Assembly (NCBI GenBank): GCA_040005235.1
Contig: JBDTZG010000006.1
Span: 1 to 64,000 of the forward strand
Length of the DNA stretch: 64,000 bases
Direction: 5' to 3'
Source: Acidobacteriota bacterium
GTDB lineage: Bacteria; Acidobacteriota; Thermoanaerobaculia; Multivoradales; UBA5704
The position numbers were made by a program, and so were the translations under genes. Of this stretch, positions 1 to 10,100 are shown in pieces. The notes under the pieces were generated by a model. The model ran no database searches and was not told the origin of the DNA. It was given only the letters and a program-made list of their open reading frames with translations. Position 1 is the stretch's first letter. Each line of letters begins with the position of its first letter.

Positions 1-1910
1 ATCACGACCCGATCGACCGGATGACCTTCATGGACTGGCTCGGATCGGACCTCGACACGACCTACCGCTACGACGAGGCTTCGGGTTTGTTCCCCAAAAG
101 GCGCCTGACCTCCATCTCGCGCCCCGGCTCGACTATCGCCTACCAATACGACCACTTCGGCCGGGTCACGCAAGACGGCGCGCTCGCGCTGACCTACGAC
201 GCGAACGGCAACCGGCGGACGATCAACTACTCGCCGACCATCGGGCTCTGCTACGACTACGACGCTCTGGATCGGCCGATCGCTCTGCGATACACCGCAA
301 GCGGCGCCGACCCGTGTACGGGCTCGACCCTCGTGAGTTCCGCGAGCTATTTGCCCTCCGGGCCGCTCACCAGCTTGGCACTCGGCAACGGTCTGACGGA
401 GACGCGACTCTTTGACGCCCGCTACTACCCCGACCGAATTCAGGTACCGAGCCGGCTCGACTGGGATTACACTGTCGATGCTGTGGGCAACCCAACCGGC
501 ATCGTGAATACCCAGCCACCGCCGCTTCCGGTCGAGAATCGGGCGTTCGGCTACCAAGGCTATCAGTACTTCCTCACCTCGGCGACTGGTCCTTGGGCGG
601 GACTCTCCTGGACCTACGACAAGATCGGCAACCGCCTGTCCGAATCCCAGGCTGGCGAGATGCCGCCCTTCTCCTACAGCTACCTTCAAAACGGCACGGG
701 GGGCAATACACCAAAATTGACGCAAATCCAGCCCCGTCCCCATGGAAACGGAACGGGCTCGATCACTCAAACGTACGATTCGGCCGGCAATCAGATCACC
801 AGCCAATCCGCGGGCCAGGAAGGCTCGGGGCGCACTTCGACCCTCACCTATAGCGCGGAGAGCAAGCTCTCCGGCCTGTTCGAGTCCTCGGGTGTGGCTT
901 CGACCGCGCTGCTCTACGACGGCCGCGGTTTCCTGCGCGACGCGCTGCTCACCTTTGGCGCGTCGGGTAACTTCGAGCACACGGAGCCGACCTACAGTTC
1001 CGCCGGCCTCCTCTTCAGTCGCCGCTGGCGCAGCCAGAGCACGTTCGGAACCCCGCAAGACGACGGCTCAATCGGCATGATCTCGAACGACCAGGCCGCC
1101 TACGTCTTCTACTTCGCAGGGCGCCCAGTGGTTCAGTTCACAACAGGAGCGAGCGGACCGGGGAACGGGTTAGTCTACCTGACCGCGGATCATCTGGGGA
1201 CGCCGGTCCTGGCGACCGATTCTTCGGGCGCGACGATCTGGTCGGGTGGCTTTACTCCTTTCGGCGCGCCGTATCAGCTAACGCCGCCGACGCTGTTTCT
1301 GCGGCTTCCGGGGCAGTGGACGGATGCGACTTGGGACGGATTGGGGGGCGGGGGGCTGTACTACAACGTGCATCGGTGGTACGGGGCGGGGGTGGGGCGG
1401 TATGAGAAGCCGGATCCGCTGCTGTCCTCTGGTTTCCAGGGTAAGCCTTTTGTATACGCGGACGCGCGGCCCATCGTCTTGTCCGATCCGTTCGGGTTGT
1501 GCTCTTGCTTCTCCGACTGTCCGAGTGGGCACTGGGACTATTTGGGCCTCAGCGTTGATGGAGGATTCATTGGGGGGATTTCCACGGGCGCAGGGGCCTA
1601 TCGATGCCGGGGGAACGGCCGCACGTTGGGCGTACGTTTCGTGTGCGCAATTGCGGGAGTATTTGCGATGATTGGTGGAGGGGTGGACTTTAGCGTTCCC
1701 GGCGCGGCGCCGTCATCCTGCGGCTGCAATGAAAGCGAACTCTTGGGCCTCCAAGAGTACTGGGGTGGCTCGGCGCCTGGCGGATTTGTCGGTCCAGGAG
1801 TCAATGTCGGCTCCTGTGGAACGAAAAGCTTCAGCACAAGTACGCCGAATGTAGGATTATCCGCTGGAGCCGGCTTGTTCTGGATGCGCTGCAGATACTC
1901 GAGGTTATAA
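1..1910 (+). CDS. RHS/YD-repeat polymorphic toxin, 5'-partial; C-terminal toxin tip about 1500-1910
   Basis: YD repeats, RHS core motifs (ADHLGTP, LRLPGQW, LYYNVHRWY, GRYEKPDP) and PIVLSDPFGL cleavage motif (DPFGL at 1485-1499). The frame is open from base 3, so the gene starts upstream of the window. Confidence 0.95.
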   Translation, partial: HDPIDRMTFMDWLGSDLDTTYRYDEASGLFPKRRLTSISRPGSTIAYQYDHFGRVTQDGALALTYDANGNRRTINYSPTIGLCYDYDALDRPIALRYTASGADPCTGSTLVSSASYLPSGPLTSLALGNGLTETRLFDARYYPDRIQVPSRLDWDYTVDAVGNPTGIVNTQPPPLPVENRAFGYQGYQYFLTSATGPWAGLSWTYDKIGNRLSESQAGEMPPFSYSYLQNGTGGNTPKLTQIQPRPHGNGTGSITQTYDSAGNQITSQSAGQEGSGRTSTLTYSAESKLSGLFESSGVASTALLYDGRGFLRDALLTFGASGNFEHTEPTYSSAGLLFSRRWRSQSTFGTPQDDGSIGMISNDQAAYVFYFAGRPVVQFTTGASGPGNGLVYLTADHLGTPVLATDSSGATIWSGGFTPFGAPYQLTPPTLFLRLPGQWTDATWDGLGGGGLYYNVHRWYGAGVGRYEKPDPLLSSGFQGKPFVYADARPIVLSDPFGLCSCFSDCPSGHWDYLGLSVDGGFIGGISTGAGAYRCRGNGRTLGVRFVCAIAGVFAMIGGGVDFSVPGAAPSSCGCNESELLGLQEYWGGSAPGGFVGPGVNVGSCGTKSFSTSTPNVGLSAGAGLFWMRCRYSRL

Positions 1911-2230
1911 TGTCCTTGAGAAGAAGACTCTTGCTCGTGCGGCAAATTTGTACCGGGGCACTCGTTTTTTCCATCTTGAGTGTGCTCGCGGGGATGGCCG
2001 CCTTTCTGATCGCCGGAATACAAGTCGGCGTTGTCTTCGCATTTATAGCCCTATGCTCGTTCCTGGTGCTGGGGTTGGTCCTTACCATCTCAGCGCACAA
2101 GGTGCGTCGCTGGAGAAATCTCTCTCCGGAGGAGTGGTTGAAATTGCAAACCTCTTCTGCCTGGGGAGGGACGCTGGGTGCCTATCTTAACATGCTCTCA
2201 TGGACAGAACTTGGAGAGGACTCAGTCTAG
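1910..2230 (+). CDS. Putative cognate immunity protein, 2 TM helices
   Basis: TAATG stop/start overlap with the RHS gene, two hydrophobic segments, lower GC. Confidence 0.7.
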   Translation: MSLRRRLLLVRQICTGALVFSILSVLAGMAAFLIAGIQVGVVFAFIALCSFLVLGLVLTISAHKVRRWRNLSPEEWLKLQTSSAWGGTLGAYLNMLSWTELGEDSV

Positions 2231-2370
2231 TTTTTATTTGTTGTTCAACCAAATTGGTCGATTCCAGCGCCTTAGACTACCCTCTCGGTACTGCCTTCTT
2301 CCGGATATGCAGACGAGCCGAGTTCTGTCCAACGGCCTTCGATGCCCACTATTAACTTCCACCAGTGTTC

Positions 2371-2562
2371 CCTGACCTCGGCCACCGGCCGGTGGGCCTC
2401 GGCTGGAGCTACAACAAGATCGGCAGCCGCCTTTCTGAAACCCAAGACGGCGAAGATCCCTACGCGGGGATAGGGCGCCTCGGGCCGGTCTACGTCGGAC
2501 CGATTCCTGATCACCAGCAGTGGGATAACCTATTCGATGAAACACCGTGGTGTTCGCCGTGA
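2371..2562 (+). pseudogene. Orphan RHS fragment with short C-terminal remnant
   Basis: LTSATG(frameshift)GLGWSYNKIGSRLSETQDGE parallels LTSATGPWAGLSWTYDKIGNRLSESQAGE at about 573-660. Confidence 0.75.
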
Positions 2563-2969
2563 GGGCATTGAAAGTGCTGGCGATTTCGATGAGGGTGCTC
2601 GCGATCTCGCTGGCAGTGGTGGTCGACGCGCTCTTGCTGGTCTTTGCGATCTTCTTCATAGCTGGCTCGGGATCCATTGGCGCTTTGTTCGTCACGATCG
2701 CATGTGGTGCTCTTGTAGTTCTAAACCTGCGCCTCTTCTTTCCTTGGCCACTGCATTGGTCACAGGTTGCCGGGGCCCGGCCAGCGGCCGAGGTTATGTC
2801 GGTGATTGCTGTGATCGTTGGTTCAACAGGGATAGGCATCTCCGCTGCCGGCTGGTCTGCGGCCATTGAATGGCGCAACCAATTGGTCTTGGTCCTAGTG
2901 GCGGGCATTGTGAACCTTCTCGCCTCACGTCTTCTGGCCGCTGAGCACAGCAAGACAAAATTGGATTGA
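2559..2969 (+). CDS. Orphan immunity-like membrane protein (about 4 TM)
   Basis: GTGA overlap with the orphan RHS stop (2560-2562); hydrophobic throughout. Confidence 0.6.
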   Translation: MRALKVLAISMRVLAISLAVVVDALLLVFAIFFIAGSGSIGALFVTIACGALVVLNLRLFFPWPLHWSQVAGARPAAEVMSVIAVIVGSTGIGISAAGWSAAIEWRNQLVLVLVAGIVNLLASRLLAAEHSKTKLD

Positions 2970-2997
2970 CGGAATATTCCTTCTGGCTGACCTGAAA

Positions 2998-3403
2998 GTG
3001 GTGTGGTGGCTCGGAGCCCTCCTGGGTGTCGTCCTTGCCAGCGTCTATCTAGCCATGAACTGGCGATCGCGAGCTGGAGGTCTAGCGCCTTTGGACAGCA
3101 CAACTCCAGCAACTCCGAGTGAAATCTGGATGCTGAGGGCTATCGCAGTGGTGTTGAGTCTAGTCTGTACTTTAATTTCAATTCTTCTGTGCGGTTGAGG
3201 GTAAATCCAGGTTCAACTTCGGCGGCGTCGACGCTCTACTGTGCCTTAGCTCTAGGCATGGTTGCGTCCCTTTTAGCGGCGCTCCGAACTATTCCCTGGA
3301 AAACGCACTTTACAACCAGCGGGCATGGCTGACGGGAATTTTAGGGTCGGTTTCTTTTGGGATCTACGCCGCCTACTTATTGCGGAGAACTTTGCGAAGA
3401 TAG
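2998..3403 (+). pseudogene. Decayed multi-TM (immunity-like) gene
   Basis: Hydrophobic ORF 2998-3198; further hydrophobic segments (LYCALALGMVASLLAAL, WLTGILGSVSFGIYAAYLL) continue in shifted frames to TAG at 3403. Confidence 0.45.
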
Positions 3404-3569
3404 GAGCGAGCCGCCGAAGACGCCGGATCACCGGCGTCTCTCCGCGCAGAATCAAAGGCGGCGTGATGACGAAGTGTCCGCGGAATCGGGGGAGGTGCGC
3501 AACCTCCCGACAAAATCGCCAACGTGCCGCGATCTTCCGGCGGGGAAGAGAAGCACTCCGAGGTGATCT

Positions 3570-4457
3570 ATGAGTTCTGGTCCTCCGACTAAAAATCCGA
3601 CGAAGAAGAAGTCGAAGAAAGAGAAGCTCGCCTCGATCGCCGAGTGGGACGCGATCATCGGCCGCTATCCGCCGGGCAATCGCGCCTCGCTGGTCCAGCA
3701 GGTTGTGTTGATGCTCGCGAGCAACGCGTTCATCGTCTACCAGCTCGTGACCCACAGGATGCAGCCATTGCATCTGGTTCTGCTGGTGGCAATCGAGGCC
3801 GTGCTGCTTTCCGTGGTGGCCTTCGTCCAATCGCGGACCGTGCCGCCGGAGGCGCAAACCCTCTCCGGCCAGACGGCCAGGCAACGGGTCGGCGCGCTGG
3901 CCTTCGGCCTGTTCTGGCTCGCCATGGTCTACAGCCTGGTGTTCGCCGGGTTCCTCCGCGCCGAAGGGGCGCTCTGGGGGCTGGTGCGGCAGCCCCTCGA
4001 AACGATTCGCCAAGGGGGATTGCTCTGGCCGCTCACGATCACCCTGATCGCCGCGTTCCGTGACTCGATCCAGGATGCGAGCTACTTCCGCGACCATAGG
4101 GGGAAATTCCTGAGCACCCCTGGCCTCAACGCCGTGGCGCGCTGGTTGACCCTTTTCCTGGGCGGCATTCCGTTCCTCATTCCGCTCGCCGCCGTGGGGT
4201 GGGTGATCTCGAAAATCATCGAGCGTCTGAACCGGCGGATGATGAAAGGCACGGTCCCGACCGACGTCCGGTGGGCACTTCTCGTGATTCCGCTCCTCTT
4301 CCTGGGAATGTTCAGTGTGATGGGGAGCCTGATCTCCGCCGGCCTCTCCGGTTGGGCGATCTGCTACTGCGCCGCCAAATTCGTGAGCGAGCTGTTGATT
4401 CTCTGCATGCCCGTGATCGCCACGAAGGCCAAAGCGGAGGAGACCGCGGCGCTGTGA
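3570..4457 (+). CDS. Integral membrane protein (possibly DUF6498-like)
   Basis: 295 aa, multiple TM segments, GAGGTG RBS, host-like codon usage. Confidence 0.7.
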   Translation: MSSGPPTKNPTKKKSKKEKLASIAEWDAIIGRYPPGNRASLVQQVVLMLASNAFIVYQLVTHRMQPLHLVLLVAIEAVLLSVVAFVQSRTVPPEAQTLSGQTARQRVGALAFGLFWLAMVYSLVFAGFLRAEGALWGLVRQPLETIRQGGLLWPLTITLIAAFRDSIQDASYFRDHRGKFLSTPGLNAVARWLTLFLGGIPFLIPLAAVGWVISKIIERLNRRMMKGTVPTDVRWALLVIPLLFLGMFSVMGSLISAGLSGWAICYCAAKFVSELLILCMPVIATKAKAEETAAL

Positions 4458-4503
4458 CTCGCGCCGATCCGATTCTCACCCATGGAGCGCCTTGGAGGGT
4501 GCC

Positions 4504-5643
4504 TTACCCCCGCGCCGCCCGCGCAATTCCCAGCAGCTCTTCGCCGATCACCCCTTGGCGCCAGCCGAGCAGTTCTTTCGGCAGGTGCGGCGGCTCGGTG
4601 GTTTCGATCGAGCGGGAGAGCGCGGTGAGGGGCCGGCGCGAGGCGAGGACTTCGGGGGGGATGCCGATTTCGGCCGCGCGCTGCCGGACGTGTTGGCGGA
4701 GCTTTTCTTCGAGCGCGTCAACCGCAGGGGCGGGTTTTCTGCGATCGACCAGCGGCGGAAGGGCCGATTCGGGAAGGGCGGCTACTTCGCGGAGGATCGC
4801 GAGCCAGCGTTCGCCGTCGCGGACGATCAGCCCCGGGGTGGCGCCGGGGATTTTTCCCAGGTCGGAGGGCGCTTTCGGCAGGCGCTTGGCCAGCTCCAGC
4901 AGCAACTCTTCCTTGAGCACCATGTTGCGCGGCAGGTCGCGGCGCCGCGCCTCGCGCTCGCGCCAGGCGGCGAGGGCATGGACCGCGGCGAGACCGCGCC
5001 GCTCGAAGCGGCCGGCTCCCTTGATCCGCTTGTACGCCTCTTCCGGATCCTCGTCGAACGTCGCTTCGAGCAGCGCCGCTGAGTCTTCGAGCGCCCATTC
5101 CCACCGCCCTTGCGCTTCAAGCTCGGCGCGCAGATTCTGGTAGAGCGGCAGCAGGTAGACCACGTCGGCCGCGGCGTAGGTGAGCTGCGCTTCGGTGAGG
5201 GGGCGTGCCATCCAGTCGGTGCGGGTCTCGCCCTTGGCCAGCTCGACGCCCAGCCGCTCGGCGACCAGCCGGCCGAACCCCATGCCGGCGCCGACGCCCG
5301 CCACGGCCGCCGCCTCCTGGGTGTCGAGGATCGGCTGCGGGAAGCGCCCGAACGCACGGAAGAAGATCTCGAGGTCCTGGCTTGCGGAGTGGATCACTTT
5401 GAGCGTCCCGGGCGCGTCGAGCATCTCGGCGAGCGGAGCCAGGTCGCCCACCGCCAGCGGGTCGATCAGGGTGGCCAGCTCGCCGTCGCCCACCTGGATC
5501 AGGCCGAGGCGGGGGAAAAACGTGCGCTCCCGCACGAACTCGGTGTCGATCGCGAGCACCGGGGCGCCCCGCCATCGGTGGATGGCACGACGAAGATCGG
5601 CGGGCCGGGCGACCAGCTCGAAGGTCTCGGTGGAAACGATCAC
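4504..5643 (-). CDS. rnd: Ribonuclease D (DEDDy exonuclease + HRDC); start uncertain
   Basis: AIDTEFVRERTF, LKVIHSASQD, DTQ, TDWMARPL, YAAADV, WREREARRRDLP. Confidence 0.92.
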   Translation of the reverse strand: MIVSTETFELVARPADLRRAIHRWRGAPVLAIDTEFVRERTFFPRLGLIQVGDGELATLIDPLAVGDLAPLAEMLDAPGTLKVIHSASQDLEIFFRAFGRFPQPILDTQEAAAVAGVGAGMGFGRLVAERLGVELAKGETRTDWMARPLTEAQLTYAAADVVYLLPLYQNLRAELEAQGRWEWALEDSAALLEATFDEDPEEAYKRIKGAGRFERRGLAAVHALAAWREREARRRDLPRNMVLKEELLLELAKRLPKAPSDLGKIPGATPGLIVRDGERWLAILREVAALPESALPPLVDRRKPAPAVDALEEKLRQHVRQRAAEIGIPPEVLASRRPLTALSRSIETTEPPHLPKELLGWRQGVIGEELLGIARAARG

Positions 5644-5700
5644 GGTGGGCGGATTGTAGCGCGCTCGTTCCAATCCACCGCGCCGGATTCCGATCCGGCG

Positions 5701-5775
5701 GGGACGGGCCGTCCTCTGGCAGGGACGAAGCGCCCGAGCTCGGGGTGTCGATCCGCTCCGTTCCGCGACGAACGG
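5701..5775 (+). promoter_or_regulatory. Phased G(G/C)GACG(A/G) direct repeats, candidate LytTR boxes
   Basis: GGGACGGG at 5701, GGGACGAA at 5722, GCGACGAA at 5765 (multiples of about 21 bp). Confidence 0.45.
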
Positions 5776-5887
5776 CCGTGTTTCGATTCATTTCCCTGAA
5801 TTGCAAACGCCGCCGCGGCAGGCGAAAAACCCCTTTCCCGCAGTAGAAATCACTGGATCGAAAGGGTTTCCGCTAGCTGGCCGTCCT

Positions 5888-5902
5888 TGGCACCCGCTTT
5901 GC
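5888..5902 (+). promoter_or_regulatory. sigma54 -24/-12 promoter
   Basis: TGGCAC-CCGCT-TTGC, exact consensus, upstream of the LytTR gene. Confidence 0.7.
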
Positions 5903-6125
5903 GGAGAGAGCGGTCATGGATCGCCATGAGATAGCGCACGGAACGGGCTTGCCCCCCGCGTCCGGCGTCATCTCTGCAGCGTCCGCAGTGTGCCCGCGGT
6001 CCCGTACCGCGGGCATCTCGTCCCTTTTCGGCCGCCGCCCGCCCCACGGTGGGCGGTGGTCCTCTTTCTCCCTCCCACCTCGCGCCTATGATGACCGAGC
6101 CTAAGAGTCCCAGGAGGAACGAATC

Positions 6126-6893
6126 ATGCCCTTGACCGCTTTGATCGCCGACGACGAGCCCCTGGCCCGACAGCGCCTCGCGGATCTCCTTAACGCCGAG
6201 GAAGACGTCGTGCTGATCGGCCAATGTTGCGACGGCGCCGAGGCCGTGGTGGCCTTGCGCGAGCTGGAGCCCGACGTAGTGTTCCTGGACGTGCGGATGC
6301 CCGAGCTCGACGGCTTCGGCGTGATCGAAGAGATCAGCCCGGACCGCATGCCGGCGGTCGTCTTCGTCACCGCCTACGACGAGCACGCCCTGCGCGCCTT
6401 CGAGGTCCATGCGATCGACTACCTGTTGAAGCCCTACGACCGCGAACGTTTTCGCGCCGCGCTCGCCCGGGTGAGGGCGCAGGTGGAGCACCGCACGGTG
6501 GATGAGCTGCGCCGCCAGCTCGCGGCCCTTCTGGTAACCACCCAGACCGACCGCAAGCGGCCGGAGCGCCTGGTGGTGAAGACCGCCGGCCGGGTTCAGT
6601 TCCTGAAAGTGGACGATCTCGACTGGATCGACGCCGCCGGCAACTACGTGCGATTGAATGCTCACGGCAAAAGCCATCTGCTGCGCGAAACCATGGCCGG
6701 CATCGAAGATCGCCTCGATCCGGGCCGCTTCGTGCGCATTCACCGCTCCGCGATCGTCAACCTCGATCGAGTCAAAGAGCTGGTCCCCGGCGTCCACGGC
6801 GATTACGAGGTGGTCCTCCAGACGGGCGCCCGCCTGCCGCTCTCCCGCAGCTGCCGCGAGCGGTTGGAAGTGGCGCTCGGCGCGACGTTGTAA
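6126..6893 (+). CDS. LytR/AlgR family response regulator (REC + LytTR)
   Basis: IADDEPLAR, VFLDVRMP, FVTAYDEH, DYLLKP, FVRIHRSAIVN; AGGAGG RBS. Confidence 0.96.
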   Translation: MPLTALIADDEPLARQRLADLLNAEEDVVLIGQCCDGAEAVVALRELEPDVVFLDVRMPELDGFGVIEEISPDRMPAVVFVTAYDEHALRAFEVHAIDYLLKPYDRERFRAALARVRAQVEHRTVDELRRQLAALLVTTQTDRKRPERLVVKTAGRVQFLKVDDLDWIDAAGNYVRLNAHGKSHLLRETMAGIEDRLDPGRFVRIHRSAIVNLDRVKELVPGVHGDYEVVLQTGARLPLSRSCRERLEVALGATL

Positions 6894-6919
6894 GGAACTG
6901 AACAGAAATAGTTGGTGGC

Positions 6920-6969
6920 GTAGGGGGGCAGCTTGCCTGCCCCTGGGCGGAGGCAAGCTCCGCCTCTAC
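6920..6969. repeat. GTAG-type REP doublet (REPIN-like)
   Basis: GTAGGGGGGCAGCTTGCCTGCCCC followed by inverted GGGCGGAGGCAAGCTCCGCCTCTAC. Confidence 0.65.
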
Positions 6970-7048
6970 TCGTAGAGCCTGAGGGAAGCCCGAAAATACT
7001 CCTAAAAGTGCGCTCTCCCCCTCGGGGGAGCGCTCTCTATAGACTGCT

Positions 7049-7097
7049 GGGACGAAAACCCGTGCGAGGGGACGAAACGACGGCGCCTGGGGACCTA
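7049..7097 (+). promoter_or_regulatory. Three phased GGGAC(GAA) direct repeats before the TonB receptor
   Basis: GGGACGAA at 7049 and 7069, GGGACCTA at 7090. Confidence 0.55.
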
Positions 7098-7149
7098 GGG
7101 CCGCGGTTCGTTTCGAGGGCGCGGGTATCATCCGAAGGGCGGCGTTTCA

Positions 7150-10100
7150 ATGCTCAATTTTCCCCTTTGTCGCACGGCGTGGGCCACGCTCTTGGTCGTC
7201 GGATGCACCGCGACGGCCGCCGGAGCCCAGCAGGCCGGAAGTCTCGACGGTTTCGTTCTGACCGCCGAAGGGGATCCTTTGTCCGGAGTGATCGTGACCC
7301 TCTCCGGCAGGTCCGCGAACTATCGGCAAGTGAGCGACGGGCGGGGCGCCATCGGCATCCTCGGGATGGAACCGGGCAATTACTCGCTACGAGCGGTTCA
7401 TGACGGCTACCAACCGGCGAACTACCCGACGGTCGAGATCCTGGTCGGCCGCACCACCTCGCTCCAGATCAAGATGAGCGCGGTCCCGGGCGAAACGCTC
7501 GTGGTTACCTCGGAGCCGCCGCTGCTCGCGTCCCGGCCGGAGGCCCAAGGCATTCGCCTCGGCTCCTTCGAGCTCGACTCGATCCCGACCACCCGCGACC
7601 CGTGGGCGGTGGTCGCACAGGCGCCCGGCGTGATCCTCGACACGGTGAACGCCGGCGGCAACAAGACCAACCTGCAGCCGACTTTCGTCGGCGGCGGAGC
7701 CAGCCGGGCGCAGAACAATTTCGTGCTCGACGGGGTTCAGGTGACCGACATGGCGGCGGCGGGCACCTCGCCGCTCGCTTACGACTTCGACCAGATCGAA
7801 GAGGCGCGGGTGACGCTCGGCGGCCCGGACGCCGCGGCGCCGAGCTCCGGCGTGCTGGTCGATCTGGTGACCAAGCGCGGCACCAGCGTCTGGCGCGGCT
7901 CGGCGCGCGATTTCACCACCAACGAGAAATGGCAATCGGCGCCGCGCCAGACTTCGATCCTGCGGCCGACCGAGCCGGGGCCGCTCGATCCGCGCGACGT
8001 GCCGCCGCACCGCGGCAGCCCGGGCGGCCAGCGGTTCGATTCGTTCTCGGTCTCCTCCCCGGGGGGCAAGCCGGCAGGGCGGCCCGAACCGCCCGCCCCG
8101 CGCGCCGACGCTTCGCCGCGCTTTCTGGGGGCCGCGGCCGCAGCCACATCGCCTCAGGGGGAATCGCTCGAAGTCGGACGCATCAAAGGGATCGACGATT
8201 ACGGCCTCGAAGGGGGCGGGCCGCTGATCTCGGAGCGCCTGTTCGGTTGGTTTTCCTATGGCGCGACCAACGCCCGACAGATCGCCGTCGGCGGTTCGCT
8301 CGACCGGGCCGAGATCCTCAACCTGGCCGGCAAGGTGAACGCGACACTGGGAACAGGCAACTCTCTTTCGCTGACGGTTCATCGCGCCGACAAGACCCGA
8401 CGCGACCTGGGCGCCGGTCCCGAGCGGGCTCCCGAGACGCTTCAGCGGCTGCTGGGCAAGACCGACATTTGGAAGATCGAGGACTCGATCCTGCGTCAGA
8501 ACCTTTTTTTGACCGTGCTCGCCTCGAACCTCGACGGCAAGGTCGACGCCGAGCCGTTCAGCGGCGGATTCACCGAGCCGGTGCTCGATCCGCACGGCAT
8601 CTGGCGCGGCGCCTTCTCGTCGTTTTCCGATGAACGCAGCGCGCGCCAGCTGCAGCTCGACCTGCGGACTTTTCTCGCCGCGCGCCCGGGCAGCCACGAG
8701 CCACGGCTCGGGCTTTCGCTGCGCGAGTTCGCTTCCGAGAGCGAGGAGCGCTGGGGGCCGCGCGACCTGATCCAGGTCGCGGGCGAAAACACCGGCACCC
8801 TGTACGACGTGGTGCGCGCGTTCCGGCCTGGGCAGATCGGCTCGAAGCAGCGCTACAAGTCGTTCTGGACCCAGGACGAGATGCGCGGCGACCGCCTGAC
8901 GTTGACCGCCGGCCTACGTTTCGACGAACAGACCGGCACCAGCGAGGCGACCGAGATCGGCGCGAACCCGGCGTTTCCCGACCTCCTGCCCGCGGTCCGC
9001 TTCTCCGGCAGCGGCCCCGATTTCCGCTGGCGCAGCCTGTCGCCTCGTCTCGGCGCCTCCTATGCGGTGGGCGCGGATCACCACATCGTGTTGCGCGCGG
9101 GCTATTCGCGCTTCGCGTCGCAGCTCCATACGACCCTGGTCGACCGGCTCCATCCGCTCGATGCGTCGTCCGCGACGTTCAGTTTCACCGACACCGACGG
9201 CGACGGCATCTACGACGCGGGAGAGCCGATCCTCCTACTCTCGACCCAGGGGATCGACCCGAATAACCCGACTGCCCTCGCGAGCCCGAACCAGACCGAT
9301 CCGGGCCTTGCCCCCGAGCTGACCGACGAGCTGACGTTCGGCTTCGAGCGTCTGGTGCGGCCCGACTTGGTGATGACCGGCCAATTCACCGCGCGCCGCG
9401 TGTCCAACGTGCTCGAATCGCGCCGCCTGGTGCGCGATGCCGCGGGCAACGTTCGGTTGGCGACCGCGGCGGATTATTCGCTGTGGGAGGTGCAGGCGAC
9501 GACGCTGCCCAACGGCCGGATCTACCGCGTGCCGATCTACACGCTGGACGATTCGCTCACGCCCACCGGCGGCCGGCGTCTGGTCAACGGCGATCGGCGC
9601 CAGGACTATCACGGCCTCTCGCTCGGCCTCACCAAGCGTCTCTCCCGCGGCTGGATGCTGCGCGGCAACGCGACCTGGAGCGACTGGCGCTGGCGCACCG
9701 GCCCCGAATTCCGTCGCTACGACGATCCGACGAACCTGGCGCCCGGCAATGGCTTCGACAGTTTCGACGGCGACGGCGATCACGAATCGGTGGCCGAGCA
9801 GGCGCCCGGCTCGGGCGGCTCCGAAGGGGCCTTCTTGAACAGCCGCTGGGTGTTCAATCTGAACGGCCTGGTGCAGGTCGCACCGAGCCGCCCCTGGGGC
9901 TTCCACCTGGCGGGCAACTTTTCCGCCCGGCAGGGCTACCCGATCGCCTACGCCCTGCGGGTCACGCCGCCGGACGGCATCGCGAGAAACGTCCAGGTCA
10001 CCCACCTCACCGATGCCGCGCGCTACGACAACCCGGTGGTGCTCGACCTGCGCTGCGAGAAGGAATGGATCATCGGCGAGACCAGCGCCGTGATTTCGAT

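Noticed and set aside
7930-8165. Pro-rich insert in the TonB receptor as an intein or mobile insertion
   Set aside because: No intein motifs or terminal repeats; most likely an expanded surface loop.
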